Virus record (IMG/VR): IMGVR_UViG_3300027780_001580
Span: 1 to 64,000 of that record
DNA: 64,000 nt
Origin: a virus
Taxonomy: Duplodnaviria; Caudoviricetes
Reading direction: 5' to 3' (one strand)
Under the pieces are notes generated by a model, which made no database searches, was not told the DNA's origin, and was given only the letters and a program-made list of their open reading frames with translations. Shown piece by piece: positions 21,542-29,881 of this stretch. Numbering within the stretch: the first letter of the stretch is position 1; each line of letters begins with the position of its first letter. Position numbers and translations under genes: made by a program.

Positions 21542-21939
21542 TATCCTACGTATCCTGTCGGGTTATTTCCAAACGCTAAATGATCAGCTGATGCATTTTC
21601 ATCGTATGTATATTTTGTATTAATTCTTAAGACAAGTTCGCCTTCTTCATTTACATAATAATAAATGTTTTTCTCGTCCCAACGCATTTGTTCGTACACT
21701 AAGTTATCAAACACTAGTACGTGGTTTGGATTTCTTCCTTCAAAGAAGTCTTCACCTGTTTGGAAGTCAGCAAAGTTACCATCTGGGCCACCTGGTCTGT
21801 TCATTTGTATCGCATCTGTAGGCGAAGCAATGTCTACTTTAGCGACAAACAATGCACCATCGTCATCTCTACGAAGTGCGTAAAAATATCTATCGCCTGT
21901 TTGCCCCTGTAAAGGTGCTTGTCCTACATATTGTGTCAT
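21541..21939 (-). CDS. Hypothetical virion protein
   Basis: 132-aa ORF whose start and stop overlap the neighbouring late genes. Confidence 0.6.
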   Translation of the reverse strand: MTQYVGQAPLQGQTGDRYFYALRRDDDGALFVAKVDIASPTDAIQMNRPGGPDGNFADFQTGEDFFEGRNPNHVLVFDNLVYEQMRWDEKNIYYYVNEEGELVLRINTKYTYDENASADHLAFGNNPTGYVG

Positions 21940-22268
21940 TATACAATCTCCACGTAACTTAAAATAACATCACAAGCATCATCTTGATCAGCTGTAATTA
22001 CTACTTCATTATTTCCTGGTAGTACTAATTTCTCACCACCATTAATTGCTCTTAATGCCGCATTAGGCGCAATCATAACATCTTTAATATAATATCCTAA
22101 TACACTTGTATCGTCTTTTACTTGAATACTAACTCTTACGTTACCATCTAGTAGGTTAGCAACACTCATACCAATAGCAGTAACTTTACTTGCCGCTGGG
22201 ACTGTTAGTATTGTGATAGGTAATGTCCCTACACTTTTTTCTACTTTATTTTTAAAAAACGTTGCCAT
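21939..22268 (-). CDS. Small virion structural protein
   Basis: Paralog family with 9714-10034 and 25882-26214 (LTVPA...EKLVL...LSYVEI). Confidence 0.6.
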   Translation of the reverse strand: MATFFKNKVEKSVGTLPITILTVPAASKVTAIGMSVANLLDGNVRVSIQVKDDTSVLGYYIKDVMIAPNAALRAINGGEKLVLPGNNEVVITADQDDACDVILSYVEIV

Positions 22269-22276
22269 ATTTTATC

Positions 22277-23752
22277 TTATCCCATGCTCAAAACTAATTC
22301 TAATGCAATATTTTGTGCGTCTGTTTGTGAAACTGATCCCGAACTACCTGCTACTGAATCCCACTGAGTGCTGTCATAAATTTCTAAACGCCCATCAGTT
22401 GTATTCCATCTCATCATTCCAATAACTGGAGCAGGGTGTCTTTCAGATCCTGTTCCTACTGGTACAACAAAACCAGCTGTTCCGTCAATTTCAAAGTAGC
22501 CTGTTCCTGTACTACTAAACGTTGTTACTGCATTGTTACTAGTGTTATTTATTGTACTTCCACCGATATTAATATTGTCAATTTGTACACCACCAGTGCC
22601 GTTTGGTGCTAAAATTAGGTCTGTATTAGCAGTTGTTGTACTAATTGTTTGCCCATCAATACTAATACTATCAACTTGTAGCTTTGCAACATTAAACTCT
22701 GTTTGTGTTATTGAAGCAATTTCTGTGCCACCTGCATAAAAACGAATAGTATCATCGTTTGCGCCTGGCGATAATTCTGCTGTAATATACGTGTCTGCAT
22801 CTAAATCATACACACCTGTTAACACAACCCAGTTGCCATCATAACCTTCAAATTTTGATGTAGTTGTATTATAACGTACCATACCTACTGCTGGTACAGC
22901 TGGTCTTTGTGCAGTAGTACCTGCTGGAATTCTTAAAGATCCAGTACCGTCAATATCTACAATACCAGTTGATGGTGCTAGTGTAATATCATTTGCTGAA
23001 GCAATTCTGCTTCCTTTTAAAACAAAGTCATCAACAATAACACTACCGTTGCCTGCGTATCTTAATTCTAAATCTGCGTTTGAAACTGTGTTTTGAATTA
23101 CACCAGTATCAATTTGAATGTCGTCTATATATGCACTTGTAGCATGTATGCTGTTCCAAGTGTCTGTTGTAGTACCTAAGTTATATGTTGCTGTAGTACT
23201 TGGTAGTAAATCACTTGTGATACCTGCAACAATGTTGATAGTATCATTTTCGTCATCACCAATAGTAACGTTACCTGCAATAGTAATATCGCCTGATGCA
23301 GTAATGTTTCCAGTAACATCTAAGTTACCTGTAATTTGTGCGTTTCCAGTAACGTTTACTTTACCAGAACCGTCTGGTAGAATATCAATATTTGCGTTTG
23401 AAACTGTTGTACTGATTACATTAGTATCAAAACGTAAATCGTCGACTTCTAATGTTTTTAATGCTGTAACTTTGTCGGAACCAACAGTAGTAAGGTTAAG
23501 TGTATCAGCAATAGTGCTAATAGTGTTGCCGTTAATTCTAACGTCACCTATGTATGCTGTTCCTGAGGATATTAAATCAATTGCACGGCCTGTGCCGTTA
23601 ATGTCTAAATCGTATTGAGGAGTTGCAGTCTTAATACCAATGCGGGTATTATTGACATCTAAATAAAGTAAATCCGTCTCAAAAGCTAAATCCACGCCGT
23701 TACGCAATAGATTGGACTTTAATAGCGGACCAGTAATACGACCTACAGCCAC
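22277..23752 (-). CDS. Virion fibre/structural protein with repeats (GTG start)
   Basis: Repeated I.IDG..IST...NADL.L.P.G.G.V modules and IP.GTTAQRP...G..RYNTT...FEGY motifs. SD AGGAG lies 6 nt before the GTG. Confidence 0.7.
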   Translation of the reverse strand: MAVGRITGPLLKSNLLRNGVDLAFETDLLYLDVNNTRIGIKTATPQYDLDINGTGRAIDLISSGTAYIGDVRINGNTISTIADTLNLTTVGSDKVTALKTLEVDDLRFDTNVISTTVSNANIDILPDGSGKVNVTGNAQITGNLDVTGNITASGDITIAGNVTIGDDENDTINIVAGITSDLLPSTTATYNLGTTTDTWNSIHATSAYIDDIQIDTGVIQNTVSNADLELRYAGNGSVIVDDFVLKGSRIASANDITLAPSTGIVDIDGTGSLRIPAGTTAQRPAVPAVGMVRYNTTTSKFEGYDGNWVVLTGVYDLDADTYITAELSPGANDDTIRFYAGGTEIASITQTEFNVAKLQVDSISIDGQTISTTTANTDLILAPNGTGGVQIDNINIGGSTINNTSNNAVTTFSSTGTGYFEIDGTAGFVVPVGTGSERHPAPVIGMMRWNTTDGRLEIYDSTQWDSVAGSSGSVSQTDAQNIALELVLSMG

Positions 23753-23876
23753 TTTTTTCTCCTAATACGGGGATCCTGTCCCTCTAGCCACCTTACATTG
23801 CGGGCTAACCACAGTAATGTCCCACAGCACGGTAATCGGTATCTCTCCTATTACTGGTCTTGTACTATGTTATATG
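23753..23876 (-). promoter_or_regulatory. Structured 5' leader RNA of the 22277-23752 gene
   Basis: GC-rich ~120-nt leader between the late promoter and the GTG, with several stems and a possible pseudoknot. Confidence 0.5.
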
Positions 23877-23894
23877 TATTTATCGATTTTGGAA

Positions 23895-25346
23895 TTAACC
23901 AAGTGCTAACGTATAGATAAACCCGACTTCTTCCATGTACTCTGTGTTAATAGCATCACCTGCTCCTGACACGTTAGCCCATGTAGTTCCGTCCCAGGTT
24001 TCTAAATATCCTAAGGCTGTATTAAATCTTGAAGTTCCAATTGCTTGGCCAGCTGGTCTTGAAGCAACGCCTCCTGTTGGTATTTTAATACCAATAGTTC
24101 CGTCGAACTTAATATATCCGTATTGTCCTGTTTTACTTAATAATAAATTATTTGTAGGATGGGTGTTAGTAATAGTATTGCCTGATAGTTTAAAATTACC
24201 TGCAATAACGCTACCAGTACCATTTGCTGTTAAATTAATAGCATCGTTAGTTCCTGCTGAACTAATTGTACCGTTGTCAATAGTAATACTATCTTGAGAT
24301 ACAAGTTTATGTGCAGTAAGACCATCAGCATTCATGTTAACATTAGTTGTACCATTAGTATAAAAGTCAAATTGATTACTGTTATTTGCTAATACATATG
24401 TTTGCCTGTCAGCACTCCATATACCTTTTAGTGGAGTGTATGCTGTTGAAAATAATTCAAAGAAGTTAGTTGTTGTGTTATATCTAACATCTCTGTAACT
24501 ACTAGGTCTTTGTGCTTCTGTACCATGTGGAACATTTAATGCTCCTGCGGCACTAATACCTATGCTCGCACCTGGATCAAGTACTAAGTCACCTGATGAA
24601 GTTGAAAGTTTACTGCTAGAGAAACGCATATTGTCAACAACAACTGCACCTGTTCCACTAGCACGTATGATTAAGTTGTTACCTGAACTTACAGTAGTAA
24701 TTACGCCAGTGTCAATTTCAATGTCACCGAATCTTGCTTTACCCGTAGTAACATTATTCCACATCTTAGTAGCACTACCTAAGTTTAGTAGATCTTCAGT
24801 TCTTCTAGGTACAATGTCTTGACTAAAGTCAACATTACCAAATGAAACAGTATCACCAGATCCGTCACCAAAGTTAAATGTTCCTCCGGTTGATACATCT
24901 CCTGCAACTGTAATATTTGTGTCAACTTGTAGATTACCTATTTGTATAACAGGCTTTAAAAAATTAGTTTGTCCAGCACCGTGAGGTGTAAATGTAATAT
25001 CGCTGTTTGATAAACTACCAATTGCATGGTTGTTAAATGTTAAATTTTCAGTTCTAAGTTCTTCAGCACGGATTAAATTTATTGCATCTAAATTAATATC
25101 ACCAACTACTGCTCTAGCACCTAGTGTGTTAATTTCAACATTACCACCTGTTAACCGAGTAGCATACGGATCAATAATCTTTATTTGTCCGTTTATCTGT
25201 AATAGGTCTGAAGGTGAAGCGGTCCTAACACCAATACGGGTGTTACTAGAACCTATGTGTAGTAGGTCTGTTTCAAATTTAAGATCGGATTGTGTGCGTA
25301 CTAGGTTTGATGCTAGTAACGGACCTGAAATACGTGCTATTGACAT
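23895..25346 (-). CDS. Virion fibre/structural protein, paralog of 22277-23752
   Basis: Shared N-terminus RI.GPLL.SNL.R...DL.FETDLL and the same repeat modules. Confidence 0.7.
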   Translation of the reverse strand: MSIARISGPLLASNLVRTQSDLKFETDLLHIGSSNTRIGVRTASPSDLLQINGQIKIIDPYATRLTGGNVEINTLGARAVVGDINLDAINLIRAEELRTENLTFNNHAIGSLSNSDITFTPHGAGQTNFLKPVIQIGNLQVDTNITVAGDVSTGGTFNFGDGSGDTVSFGNVDFSQDIVPRRTEDLLNLGSATKMWNNVTTGKARFGDIEIDTGVITTVSSGNNLIIRASGTGAVVVDNMRFSSSKLSTSSGDLVLDPGASIGISAAGALNVPHGTEAQRPSSYRDVRYNTTTNFFELFSTAYTPLKGIWSADRQTYVLANNSNQFDFYTNGTTNVNMNADGLTAHKLVSQDSITIDNGTISSAGTNDAINLTANGTGSVIAGNFKLSGNTITNTHPTNNLLLSKTGQYGYIKFDGTIGIKIPTGGVASRPAGQAIGTSRFNTALGYLETWDGTTWANVSGAGDAINTEYMEEVGFIYTLALG

Positions 25347-25364
25347 TACTGCCCTCCTATACTA

Positions 25365-25372
25365 TATTTATA
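25365..25372 (-). promoter_or_regulatory. T4-type late promoter TATAAATA (representative of many TAAATA sites)
   Basis: Exact T4 consensus here, at 33562-33569 and at 42524-42531. The TAAATA core also precedes genes at 495, 4859, 8580, 9705, 16200, 23877, 27964, 28387, 32648, 37995 (-) and 37969, 42555, 47700, 52887, 53360 (+). Confidence 0.75.
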
Positions 25373-25376
25373 GGAA

Positions 25377-25880
25377 TTACTTGTCGAAGTTATGGAAGAT
25401 TGTTACAGGTTTTCCTGTTGGTACTGCGGCCCCAAATACTACATACCAACCTGTGGCATATCCACTTGGGTTTTGTTCTAAAGTAAAGTTTGTAGTTGGA
25501 ATTTGTAAAACGTTTTCTACCATTACAAGAATATTTTGTACAGCCGCTGGTGCTGGATTGTAAGTATCGCCGTTGTTTAATGGTCCAAACTTTGTTTCAG
25601 AATCGTCACCGTTGCCTGCTGATTGAACAACAATCGCGGCTGGTGCAAATCTACGAACAGGTGCCCATGATCCAGCTTCGTAACTTTCAAATACATTAGT
25701 AGTAGTATTGTAACGCATCATTCCGTTAACCGGACTTGATGGCTGTTGTGCTGTTGTACCCGACGGAACCATAACAGCATTAGTACTGTCAAGAGTAACT
25801 AGTCCGTTAATGTCTCTACGAATATCTTTGTTTCCGTATATACCTCTAGCATTTGTACTTTGTGCTTTTAAAAAACGCAT
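25377..25880 (-). CDS. Virion structural protein
   Basis: VPSGTTAQQP...GMMRYNTTTNVFESY motif shared with neighbours, plus a VMVENVLQIP module. Confidence 0.65.
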   Translation of the reverse strand: MRFLKAQSTNARGIYGNKDIRRDINGLVTLDSTNAVMVPSGTTAQQPSSPVNGMMRYNTTTNVFESYEAGSWAPVRRFAPAAIVVQSAGNGDDSETKFGPLNNGDTYNPAPAAVQNILVMVENVLQIPTTNFTLEQNPSGYATGWYVVFGAAVPTGKPVTIFHNFDK

Positions 25881-25881
25881 A

Positions 25882-26214
25882 TTACACTTCCAAATAACTA
25901 ACGGTTACACTTAAATTTAACGGTGCTTGACTTAGTAACGTAACTTTGTCACCATCTGATAATATAACTTTTTCACTATCGAATGAAAATGTTTCGCCAC
26001 CTGGTACAGGCATTTCTTTAACTACCATGTTAGTGTTGCTTTTAGGAGCTCCACTTTGTACAAAGTGCAAATCAAATGATGTATCATTAGTTCCTGCCGC
26101 ATCATAAGCCGCTGTATTACATACCATAATAGTTGTAATTGCCCATGACTTTCCTGCAGGTACCGTTAGTGCTACTGTGTCTGTTGCGCCGATTGTTGTT
26201 TGTGCTATTGCCAT
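25882..26214 (-). CDS. Small virion structural protein
   Basis: LTVPAG..AITTIMVCN...SEKVILSDGD...VSYLEV paralog family. Confidence 0.6.
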   Translation of the reverse strand: MAIAQTTIGATDTVALTVPAGKSWAITTIMVCNTAAYDAAGTNDTSFDLHFVQSGAPKSNTNMVVKEMPVPGGETFSFDSEKVILSDGDKVTLLSQAPLNLSVTVSYLEV

Positions 26215-26224
26215 TTTTGCTTCC

Positions 26225-27193
26225 TTAAAAAATCATACTTAAAAGTAATGATCTATTTTTACTTACTAATTCGTCTTGAACGCTACTACTATTTACGTAA
26301 TATAATCCTGTTTTACCAACTCCTGGTGTTTTAACATAAAGTTTTAAGCCGTCTGCTGGTACTGAAGGATCTACACTTGCATCATCTGGACTAGGTGTAG
26401 GTAGTATTTGTAACTGGTCATCAATAACTACTGAGCCTGATCCTGGTGCTGATAGTATAAGGTCTGCACTACTTACTGTAGTTTCTATTGTCGAACCTGT
26501 AATTCTTAAATCGTGTAATTCTGTTCTGTTCGCAAAGTATGTAACATTATTAACATCATCTACACTAATTTTAAAGTTACTTGGTAAGCCTGTTGTTTCA
26601 AAGTCTTCTACTTCAATTTGTGTTAGACTCGCTGAGCCCGTTCTTAATCTTGTAAAGTTTGCCGCGGCAACCTGGTTTGAAACCACTACGTCAACATACG
26701 CTTTGTTTGGTATGTCATCATCGTCAGTAACTTGGTCTTCATAGTTGTTAGTACCACTAACACTAATGACCCCTGTTCCTGCGTTAATTAAAAATAAATC
26801 TCCGCCACCAGTTGCAATACTTCTAACGTTCAAACCAATGTTTCCACCAGCTTCGTCAATTAGTGTAAATGCACCAGTCTTAATTGTTTGCGATACCGGA
26901 TCATTCCATGTAATTGTTTCATCAAATAATATTTGTGTATCTGGTAAACTTCCTCTTTCAATCCTAATACCTGATTGGTTAAGAGTAATTCCTGCACCTG
27001 CTTCACCTGCGTTAAGAACAATAATGTTATCGTTAATACTTAAATTTGTACTTGTAACATTTGTCTGGGCACCATTAACAACCAAATCACCTGTTAGGTA
27101 TAATTGGCCAATCTGGTTTCCAGTATCAATAGTAAGTGTACCACCACTTGCTACTTTTATTGTATAATCACCATCTGTTACTAACTGTTTCAT
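26225..27193 (-). CDS. Virion structural protein
   Basis: GDLVVNG.QT.V.STNL.INDNIIVLN...GIRIERG fibre-type motif. Confidence 0.6.
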   Translation of the reverse strand: MKQLVTDGDYTIKVASGGTLTIDTGNQIGQLYLTGDLVVNGAQTNVTSTNLSINDNIIVLNAGEAGAGITLNQSGIRIERGSLPDTQILFDETITWNDPVSQTIKTGAFTLIDEAGGNIGLNVRSIATGGGDLFLINAGTGVISVSGTNNYEDQVTDDDDIPNKAYVDVVVSNQVAAANFTRLRTGSASLTQIEVEDFETTGLPSNFKISVDDVNNVTYFANRTELHDLRITGSTIETTVSSADLILSAPGSGSVVIDDQLQILPTPSPDDASVDPSVPADGLKLYVKTPGVGKTGLYYVNSSSVQDELVSKNRSLLLSMIF

Positions 27194-27216
27194 TTATAAT
27201 TCCCTAGAGCAAACAA

Positions 27217-27239
27217 TGTAGGGGATTGCTCCCCCACAC
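27217..27239 (-). terminator. Hairpin after the 27251-27871 gene (terminator or processing site)
   Basis: TGTGGGGGA-GCAA-TCCCCTACA followed by TTGTTT. Confidence 0.55.
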
Positions 27240-27250
27240 TATAAGTTTTT

Positions 27251-27871
27251 TTACGATGCTTGTGCGTCAACAACAATGTTGCCTGCGCCAACCGCCGCTA
27301 CTGTTACAACACCACCTGATGTATATCCAGTAAATGCTCCACCGTCAATACCAGTTAGTGCAAACGTATTTGTTGCAGTACTTGCTACTGTGTATGCAGT
27401 TTCGATGTTAAGCTCAACCATACCAACTACTTTTGATATAGATACTTTAGTACCGTTTGCAAGTCCGTGATCACTAGATGTAATAACAACTGGATTAGCC
27501 GCTGTTGCACCTGTAATTACTTTTTCAACTGCTGTCGATGCGCCTGCTGTGTTACGTAACCACTTGTGTTTCGTTGCACCTTCAAGCTGAACTTTTCTGT
27601 TGTAAAGTTTAGTAACTTGCTTAGTTACACCATCACTATCAGTAACGTTGATGCAAAATTCACTTGCACCTAAAGCACCGATTGATTTGTTAACTAGTGT
27701 ACAAACTTCAGTTTTAGTTCCATCAGTAACGTTAAACTTGTTAGTTGAGCGTTGTGAAATAATATGCGACTCTGCCGCAGTAATTTCTCCGCCTGCCGCA
27801 AACTTAACCGCAGTTACTTGGATTTTACCTGCACCGTCTCCGATGTGTTTTTTATTAATTGGTCTTCCCAT
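27251..27871 (-). CDS. Virion structural protein with a C-terminal E1-FCCH-like beta domain
   Basis: ITGATAANPVVITSSDHGLANG.KV.I..VVGMVELN module frequent in phage structural proteins. Confidence 0.6.
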   Translation of the reverse strand: MGRPINKKHIGDGAGKIQVTAVKFAAGGEITAAESHIISQRSTNKFNVTDGTKTEVCTLVNKSIGALGASEFCINVTDSDGVTKQVTKLYNRKVQLEGATKHKWLRNTAGASTAVEKVITGATAANPVVITSSDHGLANGTKVSISKVVGMVELNIETAYTVASTATNTFALTGIDGGAFTGYTSGGVVTVAAVGAGNIVVDAQAS

Positions 27872-27963
27872 TTTGTTTTCTCCTTTTGACGTTCTAGGTC
27901 TACGAGGATGGTATTCCCCATAAGTCCGCCGTGATAATCGCGGCTCGCTTTAATAGACACAAG
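27872..27963 (-). promoter_or_regulatory. Structured 5' leader RNA of the 27251-27871 gene
   Basis: GC-rich ~90-nt leader folding as a three-way junction just before the SD AAGGAG. Confidence 0.55.
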
Positions 27964-27974
27964 TATTTATCAGT

Positions 27975-28382
27975 TTACGCAATTCGAACAGTAAGGGAGA
28001 TAAAATCACGAACCCATTCAAACTTTGTTTCTAATACTTCGAATAGTTGGCCGTTTAGACTTGTTTTAGCTAGGCTGTAGCTTGTCTTTCCTATGTGGGA
28101 GTAGTAATGCTTGTCTAATCCGTATCTTGCTCCGTAAGACGGAAATACGCTTGTGACAAACAAACAAGTGTCACCTAACTCTTTTGCTGTTAATCTATAA
28201 GGTCTTTTTAATCTGTGTAATGATTGTGCAAAACTATCATATGGAAGGAAATCTGGTTTGTCTAATTTATCTGCAAGAAGCATTACTACATACGCTTCAA
28301 CTTCTATAGGAAGTTCAAACCCTGTTGTTGACTGAGTTTCTTTTACCAAGTCGTAAAAGACAGTTGTGTACTCATCCTTCAT
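27975..28382 (-). CDS. Hypothetical protein resembling a conserved bacterial helical family
   Basis: EAYVVMLLA...KELGDTCLF....P...G....YY..IG..SY pattern; own late promoter at 28387-28392. Confidence 0.6.
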   Translation of the reverse strand: MKDEYTTVFYDLVKETQSTTGFELPIEVEAYVVMLLADKLDKPDFLPYDSFAQSLHRLKRPYRLTAKELGDTCLFVTSVFPSYGARYGLDKHYYSHIGKTSYSLAKTSLNGQLFEVLETKFEWVRDFISLTVRIA

Positions 28383-28409
28383 ACAGTATTTACCAGAAAA
28401 TTAAGCCAC

Positions 28410-28434
28410 AAAAAAAACGACTGTAAAGTCGTTT
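28410..28434 (-). terminator. Intrinsic terminator
   Basis: AAACGAC-TTTACA-GTCGTTTTTTTT. Confidence 0.65.
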
Positions 28435-28467
28435 GTTAGAAGTTGTTATATGTATTTAGTTGGTCAC

Positions 28468-28496
28468 AAAAAAAGAGCTATATAATAGCCCTTTTT
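28468..28496 (-). terminator. Intrinsic terminator
   Basis: AAAAAGGGCTA-TTATA-TAGCTCTTTTTTT. Confidence 0.7.
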
Positions 28497-28595
28497 AAGA
28501 GTCTAAATTTGATCAATACTTAGACTGCTCCTTTGTTGTGTGCTACTCACTACTGAGTAATATAACTTAAAGTATATATTCTAAGCTATGTATAT

Positions 28596-28624
28596 ACTAT
28601 AACATATATAATAATACTTGTCAA
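28596..28624 (-). promoter_or_regulatory. Sigma70-type promoter
   Basis: TTGACA-17 nt-TATAGT with extended -10 TG. Confidence 0.7.
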
Positions 28625-28647
28625 CCTTTTTGTTAAAAAAAAGTCGT

Positions 28648-28679
28648 AAAAAAAGGGCGACAAATAAATGCCGCCCTTC
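28648..28679 (-). terminator. Intrinsic terminator after the major capsid gene
   Basis: AAGGGCGGCA-TTTATT-TGTCGCCCTT followed by a T-tract. Confidence 0.85.
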
Positions 28680-28704
28680 CTAATACTCTATTTAAGACTA
28701 TGTC

Positions 28705-29871
28705 TTAAGAGAATGTTACGCCTGCGATAGTAACAGTACCTAAGTAGTCTGCCGCATTACCTAGAGACGATGCTGTGTTTGATAACTCAACATATCCGTA
28801 TCTAGTCATAAAGCTAACTACTGGCTCAAAACTATCTGGATCAAGCACAACGCCACTACTCATCAATGGAATGTATGGGCAGTAAAACGCTGGTGCGTCT
28901 GATTCAGAAGAACCTTTGTAACCAACTAGTACTGATGTAGCGTCACCCGCATATGAATCAACATATACTTTCATTGCACTATTCAAAGTACCAACCATCT
29001 TAGTGTTAGTTGGTGCTTCAAAAGAACCCTCAGTTGTTCTTGCGAACGCTGAAGTTGTTGCAGATTGAAGTACAGTTAATGCATGTGGACTAACCACTGC
29101 ATAGTTACCAGCACCACGACGTGTACGCTGAGCAATAGTATTTGCAACGCGGTTGATCATAACAGCTAAAGCCGCATGTTCGTCACCTACGAAAGTTGCA
29201 GTACCACTAACAGCAGTCTGGTCGTATGCCTGTTGGTTTGTAGTTCCAGCTAAAGCACGTAAAGAAGCTAATACTTCTTGATCGATCTCAGCAGTAATTT
29301 CTTGGGCCAAAGCCGCCATAATTTCTGCTTCAATATCGATGCCTTGTTGTGCTTGAGCATCTTGAGCCGCTTCAAAAGTCCAGCGAGCTGATAGCTTTCT
29401 GGTTTTTGCTTCGACTGTTTGCTTTAAGATCTGGATTGACAATCTCTTGCCAGCCGCACCTTCAAGAGCCGCTGTTGCAGATCCTTTTGGTGTTGCATCT
29501 GTAGCATTACCGGAGTAAGCTGATGCGATCTTAAATGGTGAAAGTGCTTCTTCACCTACTTCGTTACCATCAGATGAATCTGAGTAACGTACTCTTAATG
29601 TGTGGATTTGACCCACGGGACCTGTCATAGGCTGTACACCGACTAATTCGTTGGCGATAACAGTTGGCATGACACGTCTGATTACTGGTAGGATAACTCT
29701 ATTTAGAGTTGCAACATTACCTGCGGAAGTTCCGCCGGCTGTAGCAGTCTCATTCAACCACTTGCGTGTGTTTTCAAGAGTGCTTGCCATTGTTGCTTTC
29801 TTATTGCCTTGAAGGCCTTCTAAAAGTGCAACTTTGGTATCCTGCCAGCGACTTTCTAGTAGTTCTGACAT
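28705..29871 (-). CDS. gp23: Major capsid protein (T4 gp23-like)
   Basis: VIRRVMPTVIANELVGVQPMTGPVGQI, KTRKLSARWTFEAAQD, EITAEIDQE, FYCPYIPL and FMTRYG. Confidence 0.97.
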   Translation of the reverse strand: MSELLESRWQDTKVALLEGLQGNKKATMASTLENTRKWLNETATAGGTSAGNVATLNRVILPVIRRVMPTVIANELVGVQPMTGPVGQIHTLRVRYSDSSDGNEVGEEALSPFKIASAYSGNATDATPKGSATAALEGAAGKRLSIQILKQTVEAKTRKLSARWTFEAAQDAQAQQGIDIEAEIMAALAQEITAEIDQEVLASLRALAGTTNQQAYDQTAVSGTATFVGDEHAALAVMINRVANTIAQRTRRGAGNYAVVSPHALTVLQSATTSAFARTTEGSFEAPTNTKMVGTLNSAMKVYVDSYAGDATSVLVGYKGSSESDAPAFYCPYIPLMSSGVVLDPDSFEPVVSFMTRYGYVELSNTASSLGNAADYLGTVTIAGVTFS

Positions 29872-29881
29872 TATTTTCTCC

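Noticed and set aside
23753-23876. Known self-cleaving ribozyme or SAM-II/SAM-V riboswitch
   Set aside because: The pseudoknot topology is loosely similar, but the hammerhead, pistol and SAM-II/V conserved nucleotides are not evident.
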